A stretch of DNA of 64,000 nucleotides from Octopus vulgaris (lineage: Eukaryota). Of the stretch, positions 1 to 11,913 are shown in pieces (position 1 is the stretch's first letter; each line of letters begins with the position of its first letter). The stretch is from positions 24,986,001 through 25,050,000 of the forward strand of contig OX597831.1 of assembly GCA_951406725.2 (NCBI GenBank), given 5' to 3'. Made by a program: the position numbers and the translations under genes. Below the pieces are notes generated by a model, which worked only from the letters and a program-made list of their open reading frames with translations, had not been told where the DNA came from and made no database searches.

Positions 1-121
1 ACTTAGTTTCGACATTCATAGGTATGTCTTTGTGTGTTTCACTTGCCTGAACGTATATCATCCATTAGTTCAGTCTAGAACTGTCTCACATTAATTTCTA
101 CCCGAACAATAGATGAGAAAA
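1..121 (+). repeat. Left arm of unique-sequence inverted repeat (partner 1829-1949); probably extends beyond the window start
   Basis: Reverse complement of 1-121 matches 1829-1949 with 2 mismatches seen. Confidence 0.95.
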
Positions 122-154
122 GCATGGGTACCATTTCATTTACACCGGTGTCAA

Positions 155-366
155 CTACGACTGCAATTTTGCTCAAGCTTGATGGGTCTTCTTCTCAAGC
201 ATGACATAATGCCAAAGGTTTTGGTCATTGCCTCCATGAGGCCCAATACATGAAAGGTGCTCGACCATTTTGCCACCATGAGGCCCAACGCTCGAAAGGA
301 ACTCAACCACCTCACCTCCGTGAGGCCTGTTCAAGAGGAACTCAGCATCACTCAAAAGGAACTCAT
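155..366 (-). mobile_element. 5'-region fragment related to family C, with degenerate ~42-bp tandem units
   Basis: Units cc(t/a)cc(a/g)tgaggcc...aagg(t/a)(g/a)ctc at ~231, ~273 and ~315; 155-200 resembles the 5' parts of family C copies at 54120-54160 and 63770-63830. Confidence 0.5.
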
Positions 367-441
367 ACATTTCCCCACAACTACTATAGCTCCGGCTATC
401 TGAGGTACCACCTGGACACCTCATCACCCCTGTCTATCTCC

Positions 442-1068
442 TTAAACCTTTAGCATTTAAACTGGCCATTTCCAGCCAAAATATTCTACCTGTTTTATGC
501 TCAAACTGGCCAGATCCAACCTCTCACACCTGCCCTACAATGTCATTCTAAAAATAAACAATCATGGCACAGGAGTGGCTGTGTGGTAAGTAGCTTGTTT
601 ACCAACCACATGGTTCCGGGTTCAGTCCCACTGCGTGGCACCTTGGGCAAGTGTCTTCTACTATAGCCTCGGGCCGACCAAAGCCTTGTGAGTGGATTTG
701 GTAGACGGAAACTGAAAGAAGCCTGTCGTATATATGTATATATATGTGTTTGTGTGTCTGTATTTGTCACCCCAACATCGCTTGACAACCAATGCTGGTG
801 TGTTTATGTTCCCGTTACTTAGCGGTTCGGCAAAAGAGACCGATAGGATAAGTACTGGGCTTACAAAAGAATAAGTCCCCGGGTCTTTTTGCTTGACTAA
901 AGGCGGTGCTCCAGCGTGGCCGCAGTCAAATGACTGAAACAAGTAAAAGAGAGTAAAAGAGTATGGCATTGAAATCTCAAAGCTATGAGAGAAGGCATGA
1001 TTAATTGAAAACAATGTGAATACATCAGCATTACATTTGACAGAGTAATCTAAATGCTAAAGCATTAA
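442..1068 (+). mobile_element. piggyBac-type TTAA MITE (same family as 27715-27941), split by a SINE-A insertion
   Basis: ttaa(a)cctttagcattta ... taaatgctaaag(ca)ttaa ends; 442-565 plus 963-1068 is collinear with the intact copy. Confidence 0.85.
566..962 (+). mobile_element. SINE family A, full length (tRNA-like head, CORE-like segment, (GAGTAAAA)n tail)
   Basis: Pol III A box TGGCTGTGTGG, B box GGTTCAGTCCC, CORE/MIR-like caccttgggcaagt; ATGGCA at 564-569 and 963-968. Confidence 0.92.
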
Positions 1069-1253
1069 AGATACCTCTAATTCATCCTCACATTTTCCTT
1101 CCAAAATGTGAGTAGCCATTTAGTTCCTCTACAACAAGAACCTTCTCTCCTATGACATCTTCCCTCATACTTTAACATCCATCTAACATACAGTGACAGC
1201 ATCCTCTCACCTTGGGTTTGTTGACTTGTGAGGTACATAATGAACACATTAGT

Positions 1254-1540
1254 GCCTGTGGCATGCAAAACACCCATCCAGTACATGCTGTAAAGTGGTT
1301 GGCATGTGTGTGTGTATGTTTGTGTGTCTGTGTTTGTCCCCCCAACATCGCTTGACAACTGATGCTGGTGTGTTTACGTCCCCTTAACTTAGCAGTTCAG
1401 CAAAAGAGATCCGATAGAATAAGTACCTGGCTTACAAAGAATAAGTCCGGGGGGGGGGGCAATTTGCTTGACTAAAGGCGTTGCTCCAGCATGGCCGCAG
1501 TCAAATGACTGAAACCAGTATAAAAGAGTAAAAGAGAGTA
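1254..1540 (+). mobile_element. Family C fragment (1254-1304) joined to the 3' half of SINE-A (1305-1540)
   Basis: gtggcatgcaaaacaccc...aaagtggttggca followed directly by the SINE-A 3' half and tail. Confidence 0.85.
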
Positions 1541-1828
1541 ATCATAGTAGTATAGCATCCCTCAATCCTATGAGACAGTTGTTAATACAAAAAAAGATAT
1601 TACAGATTGGTGCAACCTGTTCAACTGCCAGATAGAAACATCCAAAAAATACTTATAGAGAACACTATTAAATTAAAAGCATGCATGCGCCCACCCCCAC
1701 CCCCTAACACACACACACACACACACACACACATGCAAAACACAGGTAGATTGAAGGTTGATTCTTTGATCATTGCAAATCAACACAACAGGTGAAGCTT
1801 TATGATTCTGACAGCCTCCCACACAACA

Positions 1829-1949
1829 TTTTCTCATCTATTGTTCGGGTAGCAATTAATGTGAGACAGTTCTAGACAGAACTAATGGATGATATACGTT
1901 CAGGCAAGTGAAACACACAAAGACATACCTATGAATGTCGAAACTAAGT
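1829..1949 (-). repeat. Right arm of inverted repeat (partner 1-121)
   Basis: Direct reverse-complement match. Confidence 0.95.
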
Positions 1950-2125
1950 CTTAATTATGAGTACAAGAACATTTGAGGTGAAGATGTTTTTTGGAGAATT
2001 TTTCCACAACTTTTGTTATAGTTGGATAAAAATTAGAATCTATAAAACTTCAAGAGTTTTATACAAGTTTAAAATTAACAAAGATATGTTTTAAATCTAA
2101 AAATCACAAGAAATATCAGATGTTC

Positions 2126-2279
2126 TACATACATACATATATACATACATACATTTATACATACCTTTCTACCTACCTACCTACATACATACATACATAC
2201 ATACATACATACGTATGTACATGCATGCATATATATACATGTGTATGTACATATACTTATATAAATGTATATGTGTGTG

Positions 2280-2321
<42 letters not shown>

Positions 2322-2393
2322 TATGTATATGTATGTATATGTGTATATATATGTATATATGTGTATGCATATATATGTAGGTATATATATATA

Positions 2394-2446
<53 letters not shown>

Positions 2447-2532
2447 GTGTGTGTATATATATATACATATATATTTCCACACACACACACACACGCCTAC
2501 TTACATACACATATACACCCACTCATGTACAC
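2126..2532. repeat. Compound (TACA)n/(TA)n/(CA)n microsatellite
   Basis: Visible low-complexity tract. Confidence 0.95.
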
Positions 2533-3240
2533 ACAGAGTGATTGCAATATTTTTAATTTGTCTCAAACAAATAAAATAAATATTTTATATGAAAATACTT
2601 AACCGAAACAAATCTGTCAAATTAGTGTTTGTTATTACATTACTTTCAGCTTTCAATTAAGTACCCACCAATCTTGTACTTTACACATGACGGTCTAAAA
2701 TATTAACTATACTTTCAGACAGCAACTTCAATAAATTCATTGCTTTCTTCAATTATCACCTTTATTTTTTTTTTTTTAACCAAATGTGTTGTCTGACTCA
2801 TTTTCACAGTATATGTTATATAATTTAATAACAGCTGTTGTGAGGTCTTGTTACACTGTTTGTTGTATGGCTCTTTTTGCATCATCTATTGTATGAGATT
2901 TTTGCAGCATCTGTTTTCTGCTGGTTTTTTTTTTCTTTTTTGAATAACCAACATTATGAAGAAGTGTTGCAGCACTTAATTGTGCAATCTCTGTATCAAG
3001 GGACATCATTTGAAGTGGTTTAATGCCTCAGTGCATTGTCACTTTGTGGTCTTTCTTAAGGAATCTCAATGACTTGCACTCCAGCCAAGTGGCTTTAATG
3101 AAGACACATTTTTTATTATTCCAAAATGTTCAATCAGACATGTTAAGACACTTAAAAAGAAAGGATTGCTCAGAAAACTATGGGTATTCTTGTAAGTCCA
3201 CATTATTTTTGTGGTTTTCAATGACTATTATGATAATACC

Positions 3241-3472
3241 TATTTCTTTACTACCCACAAGGGGCTAAACACAAAGGGGACAAACAAGGACAGACAAATG
3301 GATTAAGTCAATTATATCAACCCCAGTGCTTAACTGGTACTTAATTTATCGAACCCGAAAGGATGAAAGTCAAAGTCGACCCCAGCGGAATTTGAACTCA
3401 GAACCTAACGGCAGACGAAATACTGCTAAGCATTTCACCTGGTGTGCTAACGTTTCTGCCAGCTCGCCACCT
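3241..3472 (-). mobile_element. SINE family B (tail type a) with 14-bp TSD
   Basis: Matches the other B copies; CTATTATGATAATA at 3225-3238 and 3474-3487. Confidence 0.92.
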
Positions 3473-4105
3473 TCTATTATGATAATATCATTTGAACAAT
3501 CCACATTTTTGTGTTAATTCCTTGTTTATGTGAAATATAATGATATGTCATCCTATACTTCTCTAACATAATCCCACACTGGATATATTTGGGTTAGTGA
3601 ATAGGTTGATTAACCAACCCCAGTGATATATTAGTACCTACTTTATATAATTTCAAAGGTGAAGTCAATATCAACAGGATTTCATCTCAGAATATAAATC
3701 CAAAACTAAATACCATGACATAATTTATTTGGTGCTTTACTGATTATAGTAAACAGTTCTGTTATATTGATAATAATTTCTGATGTAGAAGTAAGGCCAG
3801 CAATTTTGAGGTACGGTAGTTGATTAAAGCTACTCCAGCATTTGATTGGTAAGAAACTCTCAAGAGAACTGAACAACAGAGAAGAAACCCTCTTCAAGCA
3901 AGTATTTCAGCCCTTAACTGCTGACATTTTAAGGGGGCCAGAGCATATCTAGGACATAACTCCTGGGTGCCCTTCTACAGAGACTTTTTAGTCCTTTGGA
4001 TATCAGAGACTTGTAGCTTTATACAAAAAGCATAGTTGACTTCATTGATCCTTGAGCTCAAAATACAAAGAGTCAGAAAAAATATTGCATGTTGTATATA
4101 TTTGT

Positions 4106-4417
4106 GAGGGTGCTTGGCTTAGTTGTTAGGGTATTGCACTTGTGATTGGTAGATCGTGATTTCAATTCCTAGACCAAGTGGTCTGTTGTGTTCTTGAGCC
4201 AAGCACTTGATCTGACATTGTTCTGCAATCACTTCAACCACGACAATGTCAATTTGATGGAATGAGGGGGCTAATATGCAGTTCGGCAAAAAGAGACCAA
4301 TAGAATAAGTACTAGGCTCACAAAGAATAAGTCTTCGAGTCAGTTTGTTCAACTAAAGGTGGTGCTCCAGCATGGCCATAGTCAAATGACTGAAACAAAT
4401 AAGAGAATAAAAGAATA
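4106..4417 (+). mobile_element. SINE-E head and core (4106-~4250) followed by a SINE-A 3' fragment (4278-4417)
   Basis: tggcttagttgttagg A box, atttcaattcc B-box-like motif, gtgttcttgagc core; then gttcggcaaaa...tgactgaaac. Confidence 0.75.
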
Positions 4418-5135
4418 ACAGAATGTATTTTATTTTGTCAATGATGTTAATTTTCGTAAAATATTCATGAGTAGCACTTTATATTTAAAATGCTAAAACG
4501 CAGAGAGAGCGAGAGAGAGAGAGATAGACAGACAGAGAGTGAGTGAGTGAGAGAAAAAAGAGAGAGACAAAAATTAAAAAAAAGAAAGAGAGTAGCACTT
4601 TGTTTTAAAAGCTAAAGTAGTCATTGGTTTTTAACCATAAAATTAACAGGGGAAGAAAAAGAAAAAAAAGAAAACGGAGAAAAAAGTAAAAAAAAACTGA
4701 AAGAAACCAAGACCCTCCCCTTCTCCTTCTCCTTGTCCTCCTCACCCTCCGTTAAACAGTTTGGTGTTATAGTGAAAAGTGAAAGCTGATTAGTATTGTG
4801 GAACCAATCTGAATGTTGAATCTAGCTGATTCTGTTGTCACATCAAAGAGGACATTCTAAAATAGTATATTGTGGGCCTGTCACTTCCTATCATTTCGCC
4901 ATAATACACATTTTACACTCAAATATACACAGCCAACACTTGATTTTTCCTTAAAGACATCTTCAATTAGAAAGCTTTCTTTTGTTTAAATTTTTTCTTC
5001 CGTTTCTTTTTTTTCCTTTTATTTTTCATGTTAAATCACCACTTCTCCCTTCCTTCCTTCCTTCCTTTTTGTCTTTTCTTTCTTAACTCTGCCCACCTTT
5101 CCTGCCCACACACCCACTAATCTGATTATGTTAAG

Positions 5136-5392
5136 TAAAGCGGCAGAATCACTCGTACTTTCTACGACATAACTCACTGCTAAAACACTAAGAGAAGCTT
5201 CAGAATTCTTGGAGCAATGGCAAAAATATTTTACCTTGGAGGATTTTCTCTGGCTTTTTACATCCTGCGTTCAAATATTCCCTTGTGGACCTTGTTAAAA
5301 TTAAGCTTCAGTCAAGTATTGGGGTCGATGGGGTTGCCTACTCCCCTTCCCTTCAAAATAGCTTGCCTCATGTTTAAAGTAGAAACCACTAA
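5136..5392 (+). mobile_element. Degenerate SINE-B (tail type b)
   Basis: gcggcagaatc, gttcaaat and aagtattggggtcgat...caaaatagcttgcct motifs. Confidence 0.6.
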
Positions 5393-5430
5393 TACTGTTG
5401 TTGTTGTTACTGCTGTTTCCAACAATGCTG

Positions 5431-5992
5431 CATTAAAAGCACCCAGCACATATTGTAAATGTGAAGGTGTAGGAGTGGCTGTGTGGTAAGTACCTTGCTT
5501 ACGAACCACATGGTTCCAGGTTCAGTCCCACTGCATGGCACCTAGGGCAAGTGTCTTCTACTATAGCCTCGGGCCGACCAAAGCCTTGTGAGTGGAAACT
5601 GAAAGAAGCCTGTCGTATATATGTATATATATATGTATGTATGTGTGTGTATATGTTTATGTGTCTGTTTGTCCCCCCAACATCGCTTGACAACCGATGC
5701 TGGTGTGTTTACATCCCCATAACTTAGTGGTTCGGCAAAAGAAACCGATAGAATAAGTACTAGGCTTACAAAGAATAAGTCCTGGGGTCGATTTGCTTGA
5801 CTAAAGGCAGTGTTCCAGCATGGCCACAGTCAAATGACTGAAACAAGTAAAAGAGGGTGTTAATAATGGCATCCAGCTGTAGAAACCAATCAAAATCAGG
5901 CTGGAACCTAATGCAGCTCTCTGGCTTTTCAGCTCTGGTCAAATCGTCCAACCCATGCCAGCATGGAAAACGGACCTTTAAAGGATGATGTT
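5431..5992 (+). mobile_element. Family C element split by SINE-A (pieces 5431-5465 and 5856-5992)
   Basis: taaaagcacccagcac...[SINE-A]...ggcatccagctgtagaaac...aacccatgccagcatggaaaacgga. Confidence 0.8.
5466..5855 (+). mobile_element. SINE family A, near full length
   Basis: Collinear with 566-962, with a small internal deletion. Confidence 0.92.
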
Positions 5993-5999
5993 GAATAGT

Positions 6000-7000
6000 T
6001 TAATTGTTATTATCGCACCATGAACATGGCTTTGTGCTGTTTCGTTGTCATTCTCTCGTAGTGCAGGGAGTCTACACAATATAATATATAAATATTAAGA
6101 TGTATGCAGAGCCTTGTAATGCTACTTTCTGTATGCCTTTGTTTGCACCACTTTTAATCATTCTCAATGTACCTACATTTATAGGGTATTTCTGCTTTCA
6201 AACATCTACTAGAGACACATTTTTATCTGTGCCAGTCAAGTACTGGGGTCAACAGCATTACCTTTTCCCCTTCCCCTCAAAATAGCTTGCCTTGCTTTTA
6301 AATCAAAAACCATTAATATTGTTGTAGTGATTGTTATGGTTTTCAGTAGTTCTACTGTTATTGCACCACAAGCATAGCCCTGTCTTGTATTCTGTTTTTG
6401 TTCAATTATTGCAAGGACTTTACATAATATAGTAAATATCTTTCACGATATGTATACAGAGCCTAGTAGTGTTACTTTCTGTATATGATGTATATTTGTA
6501 TAACCTCATATCTTAATTATGCTTTTATTTGCACCTCTTTTAATAATACCCAATGCACCTATATTTATAGGGTATTTCTGCTTTCAAATTTCTGCTAGAG
6601 ATACATTATCATCTGCTGGGACAAATATTTCAATTAAGAGGCAGTTCCATCCCTAGTTGTTCTTCATGACAATATCTGACTGATTAAACTTGATCTCCTG
6701 TCTTTGTTGATTAGCATATCTCAGAATATAGTTGCTTTGTTATTCTCTGAAATATATTTTTGTATACGTTTTGCTGCCTTTTCTTATTATGTTATAATAA
6801 TAACTTCCTATACATGAAAAACTCCGACTCTGACATGTCTGTAGTTGTATTTGTTTAGGTTATATCTGGAAAACTAGAGACAGTGTTTCTTCCTACCTAC
6901 GCATATTCCACATCATTTAATGCTTTTGGTGTCTAGAGGAAAGGCTTTGATCATGTTCTGCAGTCAGAAAAATTCTGCAGTGTCTGTGTATCTTTCTAAA
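6000..7000 (-). pseudogene. Highly decayed R4/Dong-clade non-LTR retrotransposon C-terminal (RLE) fragment, partly tandem-duplicated
   Basis: Minus-strand peptide pieces EHDQSLSSR, ATIF*DML, NQSDIVMK, CLLIEIFVPADDNVSL and PINIGALGIIK resemble R4/Dong motifs QDQSLPTR, TILWD, RPDIV, IDVSIP and PIIVGALG. Confidence 0.7.
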
Positions 7001-8804
7001 CAACTTTTCAAGGAAAAGCAATAAAGATATGTGTGATAGCATTAAAAAAAAGCTTGCAGTGAATACATTGTTGTGTACAGCCACACATTTTCCTGTTTAA
7101 AATGCAGAATCCGTGGTAACAAAAATTTTTTCCATATAAGGAAGCACATTAGTTCATTATTCTGTTTATTTCTCACATATAACATTTACAGACTTTCTTG
7201 TTACATCATAAGTCCATGATTCTTTAAAATGTTTTCATTTTATAACGGTAATCTTTGTTCACTGCTAGACCAGTTGCATTATGCAGATTTAATAGATATA
7301 GCAAATATTATAAACATATAATATAAGCTGATGTGTCAGATGTTAGAGGTAAATATTGCAGATATTATAAATAAATATTATAAGCTGATTTTATAGATAT
7401 GAGCTGACATATAAATATTCTTAGCAGATATTGTCAACTAACTTGGTGCAGTGTCTTTGTGGTACCGCTTCAATAACTCCAAATGTAGCCGCGTGGAATT
7501 TAAATACTCCAAAATATTTCACAGCAAAGTACTCTACCATCTGTCCTAACTTACTGCTCTTATTTCTTCAACTGTATATTTATAGTGAGTACTGTAGATC
7601 AAGAGACAAGTTTCTGATAATTGAGTCACTTAACATCTTTATTTCAAATTACAGAAAACTGACATTTCACTACCTTTAGCTCACGATTGCTCTTAGTGGG
7701 AAAGAAGCATCATCACTTTCTACTCCTTGTATCCTATAAACGAACGAATATATATATATATATACAAATTTAACAAGAGTTTGTCAGTGTCTGTAATTAA
7801 GGTCACTGTGAGAAGTGAAAACCTCTAGTGTTTCTGGCAAAGGTCCTTAGAAGGAATTGTAAAGTAATTAATGGCCAGAAGAAGTGAACAGGTTAAAAGG
7901 TATGGACAGGAAATAGATGAGGAGGTGATTGCAGTGAATATAAGATGTAGCAAGTTAAGAATGGTTTATAAGGAAGTGGGTGTCAAAAGAGACAGGTGGT
8001 TCATGAGAGAGAGAGGAGCATGGTAGGAATTGTTTGGTGAGTGCAATATATCCACCATATTTTCCCCTATAGATAGTGAAATTTAAATCAGCATTATATT
8101 TGATTTGATTTTTTTCCTATTTTTCTTTCCTAAATATTCTATATTCCTTCTATGGTAAGTTTGTGTTGTATATAAATCTGGAATCAAAGAATTCCTTTTT
8201 TTCATTTACCTCATTTTTTTCTGTCATTCTTAAAGAAAAGAAAATAGATAGATAGATAGATAGATAAATAGACAAATAGATAGATGGATAGATATTATAA
8301 CATTTATTTTAGATTCGAAAAGAAAAAAAAAATGAAGGGGGGGGGAAACAATAAACAAAAACATAAAGTTTCTTGTGAAAGTCAGAAAGTTTCCTTCTCA
8401 CATGATCAGTCTTACATTGAGTGCCAACTATAATCTCGTGTAGAGAACTGCCAGAATCAATGGAATAGTTCGTTCTACTTTGAATTTCTGTATTTCTCTT
8501 TCTTGGTATCTTTCTTCATGCTTCCCAACGCACCATCTCAAATCTAAATGAAATATGTTGGAGAGAAGTTTAAAATTTCCCTTATGTAACAGAGAACAAC
8601 TTTCTGCTAGTGATTCTCTTTCTCTCTCTCTCCCTCTTTTCTCTCTCTCTCTCTCTCTCTGTCTCTCTCCTCCAGATTCTGCTTCACTGACATTTGATGC
8701 ACTAAAAGTCACTTTCCATTTGGTAATATTAGCAATGCTTGCAAAGACTCTGGAAAAATTTTCTGTGCTGTAATGGCTATATAAATTTGATTGGAATTTT
8801 ATAC

Positions 8805-9218
<414 letters not shown>

Positions 9219-9787
9219 TGAACTTAAATTTGTTTTGTGAATAATAATAATAAAAATAAGAATATCAACAATTCAGTCCAGTTTCATAGATTTCAAATTT
9301 AGTTGTTTCAAAATAATTACATGGAAAAAGATATATATTCTTCTCACTTGCTCACAGTTTTCTTTTTTTATTGATTCATTTTTATATATTTACGTATTTA
9401 CTTTTTGTTTTGTTTTGTTTTTTTAAACAGCAGTAGTAAATTTGCATTTCTGTAATATTTTCTCCTTCTTTAAAGAAATATATATGATGTATTATTGAGA
9501 TTTTAAAAAAATAATTTGGAATTTTTCTAGCAGAAATTCAGTTTATTTGTGTGGTAGACAGACTATCAGCACTAAAGATTACTGACTTTTGCACAGTCTT
9601 TCTGTAATATAATGGTATGGACTTTAAATGCCAGGCCCAAATAATATATTCCATAGCAATTTCTTTCTTGTCAAAGATGGATGCAATAATCTTCAATGTG
9701 TGTTATGTTAGTGTGTGTATGTGCATATACATATATTTAAATATATATAAAATATACATGTATTTATAAATAAATACATATCTGTAC

Positions 9788-9862
<75 letters not shown>

Positions 9863-10045
9863 TTAGGGTAGGCATCATTATAGGATAATATATATCATTT
9901 GATCAACATTTAGAGGAGACGGGCCATATAAAAGCCAAATCTATTTTTGCAAGTGTAAACCTTGATATTGCAAATATTACCATTGTTATCATCATCAACA
10001 TCATCATCATCATTATTATTATCAGCGTCATCATCTTCATCGTCA

Positions 10046-11040
10046 TTTACTGGTCCCTGCTTCATAGAGTTGGGATCCAATTGATCATTCTAAGACACCA
10101 AAGGGTGTGTTGCTACTATTTAAGGGAGAGCATTTTTCTGAGTATCCAAGCTGTTCCTAGAATCTCTTGGAGCTCATAGATGTTGAAGTTACCAGGCAGC
10201 TTGTTGGCGGAGCACCGACAATGATAAATATTACTTCAGCTTTCATTGCCCACATCTGGCTTATTTCTATCTCTAAGTCTTTGTATTTTGATAATTTTTC
10301 TTTTGTATTTGTGGATGTATTTCTCTCTAATGGTAATTCCATGTCTATTATTTGGTATTTCTCATTCTTATCCTTGACAATGATGTTCAGACGGTTTGCT
10401 GTTACTACCAAGTCTGCTTAAATAGGCATTTCTCAGAGTATGGTCGCATTCTTGTTTTCTGTGACTGTTTCTAACTGATGTCCCCCCACTGGTCTCAGTG
10501 ATCTTAATTTTATATTCTTTACAGGTATTCCTGTGGATTTATGCAGCTGCCTTGTTATGAAGTTGGATATATTGTCTAAGCATTTTCTGGGCTTGTAATA
10601 TATGCTACAAGGGATGGTGGTGCTGTCTGTTATTATTCTATGTTAACTGGATTCTGCTGGAAGGCCCTGGTCTTGCACAGCAATGATGAGACCTCCTGTT
10701 TCTGGTTTAAGACCAAATGTTCTAAGCCCTTTCTGTCTCCTCTGATGGTCTACATCAGCATCCTTTATTCTTTTATGCATTTTTCATGCATTGCCTTTCC
10801 ATCCATTAAGCACTAGGTTCCAGTGTTTTTCAAGTTTCGGCCGGCTTTTTTTCTTCTTTGTGCACAAATATCTGCCACTTCAACTTCTGTAGGTGGTCAT
10901 TTTTGTGTTTCTAGTTCTTTACTATACTTTTTGGCCTCTTTTGTTATGAAGCAAGTGTTATTCCCTCCATCATGATCTTTGATTACTTGCAGGAAAGGTC
11001 TTCTGTATTTTTTCAAGGTATTTGTCCTGTCCTATGGTGG
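10046..11040 (-). pseudogene. 5'-truncated, frameshifted R4/Dong-clade LINE (restriction-like endonuclease end of the ORF)
   Basis: GLKPETGGLIIAVQDQGLP; ETVTENKNATIL; ORF 10157-10411 ANRLNIIVKDK..IIDMELP..KLSKYKDLEIEISQMW..IIVGA; terminal LGTAWILRKMLSLK* (stop ~10116); 3' end abuts (GAT)/(TAA) repeats. Confidence 0.88.
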
Positions 11041-11082
11041 TTCGATCTAGGGCATACTAACTACAACAGATTTATATATATA

Positions 11083-11222
11083 TAATAATAATAATGAAAT
11101 TATTGTATACAGTGCTCAGGTGCACCACAACTTGTCAAAAGTGCATATAAAGCATATGCAGTAATGTATAAATGTCTGGGAATTGAACAGTATATGAGTC
11201 AGATACATGCTTGCATATGTAT
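11083..11222 (-). mobile_element. 3' end of a LINE-like element with (ATT)n tail (second copy at 57716-57915)
   Basis: Highly similar to 57716-57850; the CR1-like assignment is inference. Confidence 0.7.
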
Positions 11223-11223
11223 G

Positions 11224-11262
<39 letters not shown>

Positions 11263-11492
11263 TCACTCAAACACATGTGCACACGTGTTTTCATTAGGAA
11301 GAAGATAGTACCAATAGGTTGTACAGGGTCTCTGGGTCGAGTGAGAAGGTGGGAGAAAGATATCTTCAAGCCAAAAACCTGGCCTGAATGCTAGCATCTG
11401 AGTGGACTCCACTAAAGGCGCCCAAGATGCTTGATGGTGGTCTTAAGCTGAGTGACCAGTTAACTCTAAATCCCACTTGCAAATTCTTATTG

Positions 11493-11913
11493 TACTCTCT
11501 TTTCTTTTACTCTCTTTTACTTGTTTCAGTCATTTGACTGCGGCCATGCTGGAGCATCACCTTTAGTCAAGCAAATCGACCCCGGGACTTATTCTTTGTA
11601 AGCCCAGTACTTTGTTCTATCGGTCTCTTTTTGCCGAACCGCTAAGTGACGGGGGTATAAACACACCAGCATCGGTTGTCAAGCGATGGTGGGTGGACAA
11701 ACACAGACACACAAACATATACACACACATACATATATATATACATATATACGACAGGCTTCTTTCAGTTTCCGTCTACCAAATCCACTCACAAGGCATT
11801 GGTCAGACCGAGGCTATAGCAGAAGACACTAGCCCAAGATGCCACGCAGTGGGACTGAACCTAGACCATGTGGTTGGTAAGCAAGCTACTTACCACACAG
11901 CCACTCCTGCACC
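11493..11913 (-). mobile_element. SINE family A, full length
   Basis: Reverse complement of the family A sequence. Confidence 0.92.

Noticed and set aside
543-1014. Recurrent ORFs such as MSSDVGGTNTDTQ.. and QSFDCGHAGAPPLV..
   Set aside because: They are antisense readings of SINE-A repeated at each copy, not a gene family.
2120-2602. Many 60-210 aa ORFs rich in YI/HT/VC (also at 8.7-9.2, 15, 24.5-25.2, 34, 37, 51, 56 and 62 kb)
   Set aside because: They are translations of (TA)n/(CA)n/(TACA)n microsatellites that lack stop codons.
4774-4850. IRF/PRDM1-like GAAAAGTGAAAG and TCF-like ACATCAAAG motifs
   Set aside because: Short motifs expected by chance in 64 kb of AT-rich DNA.
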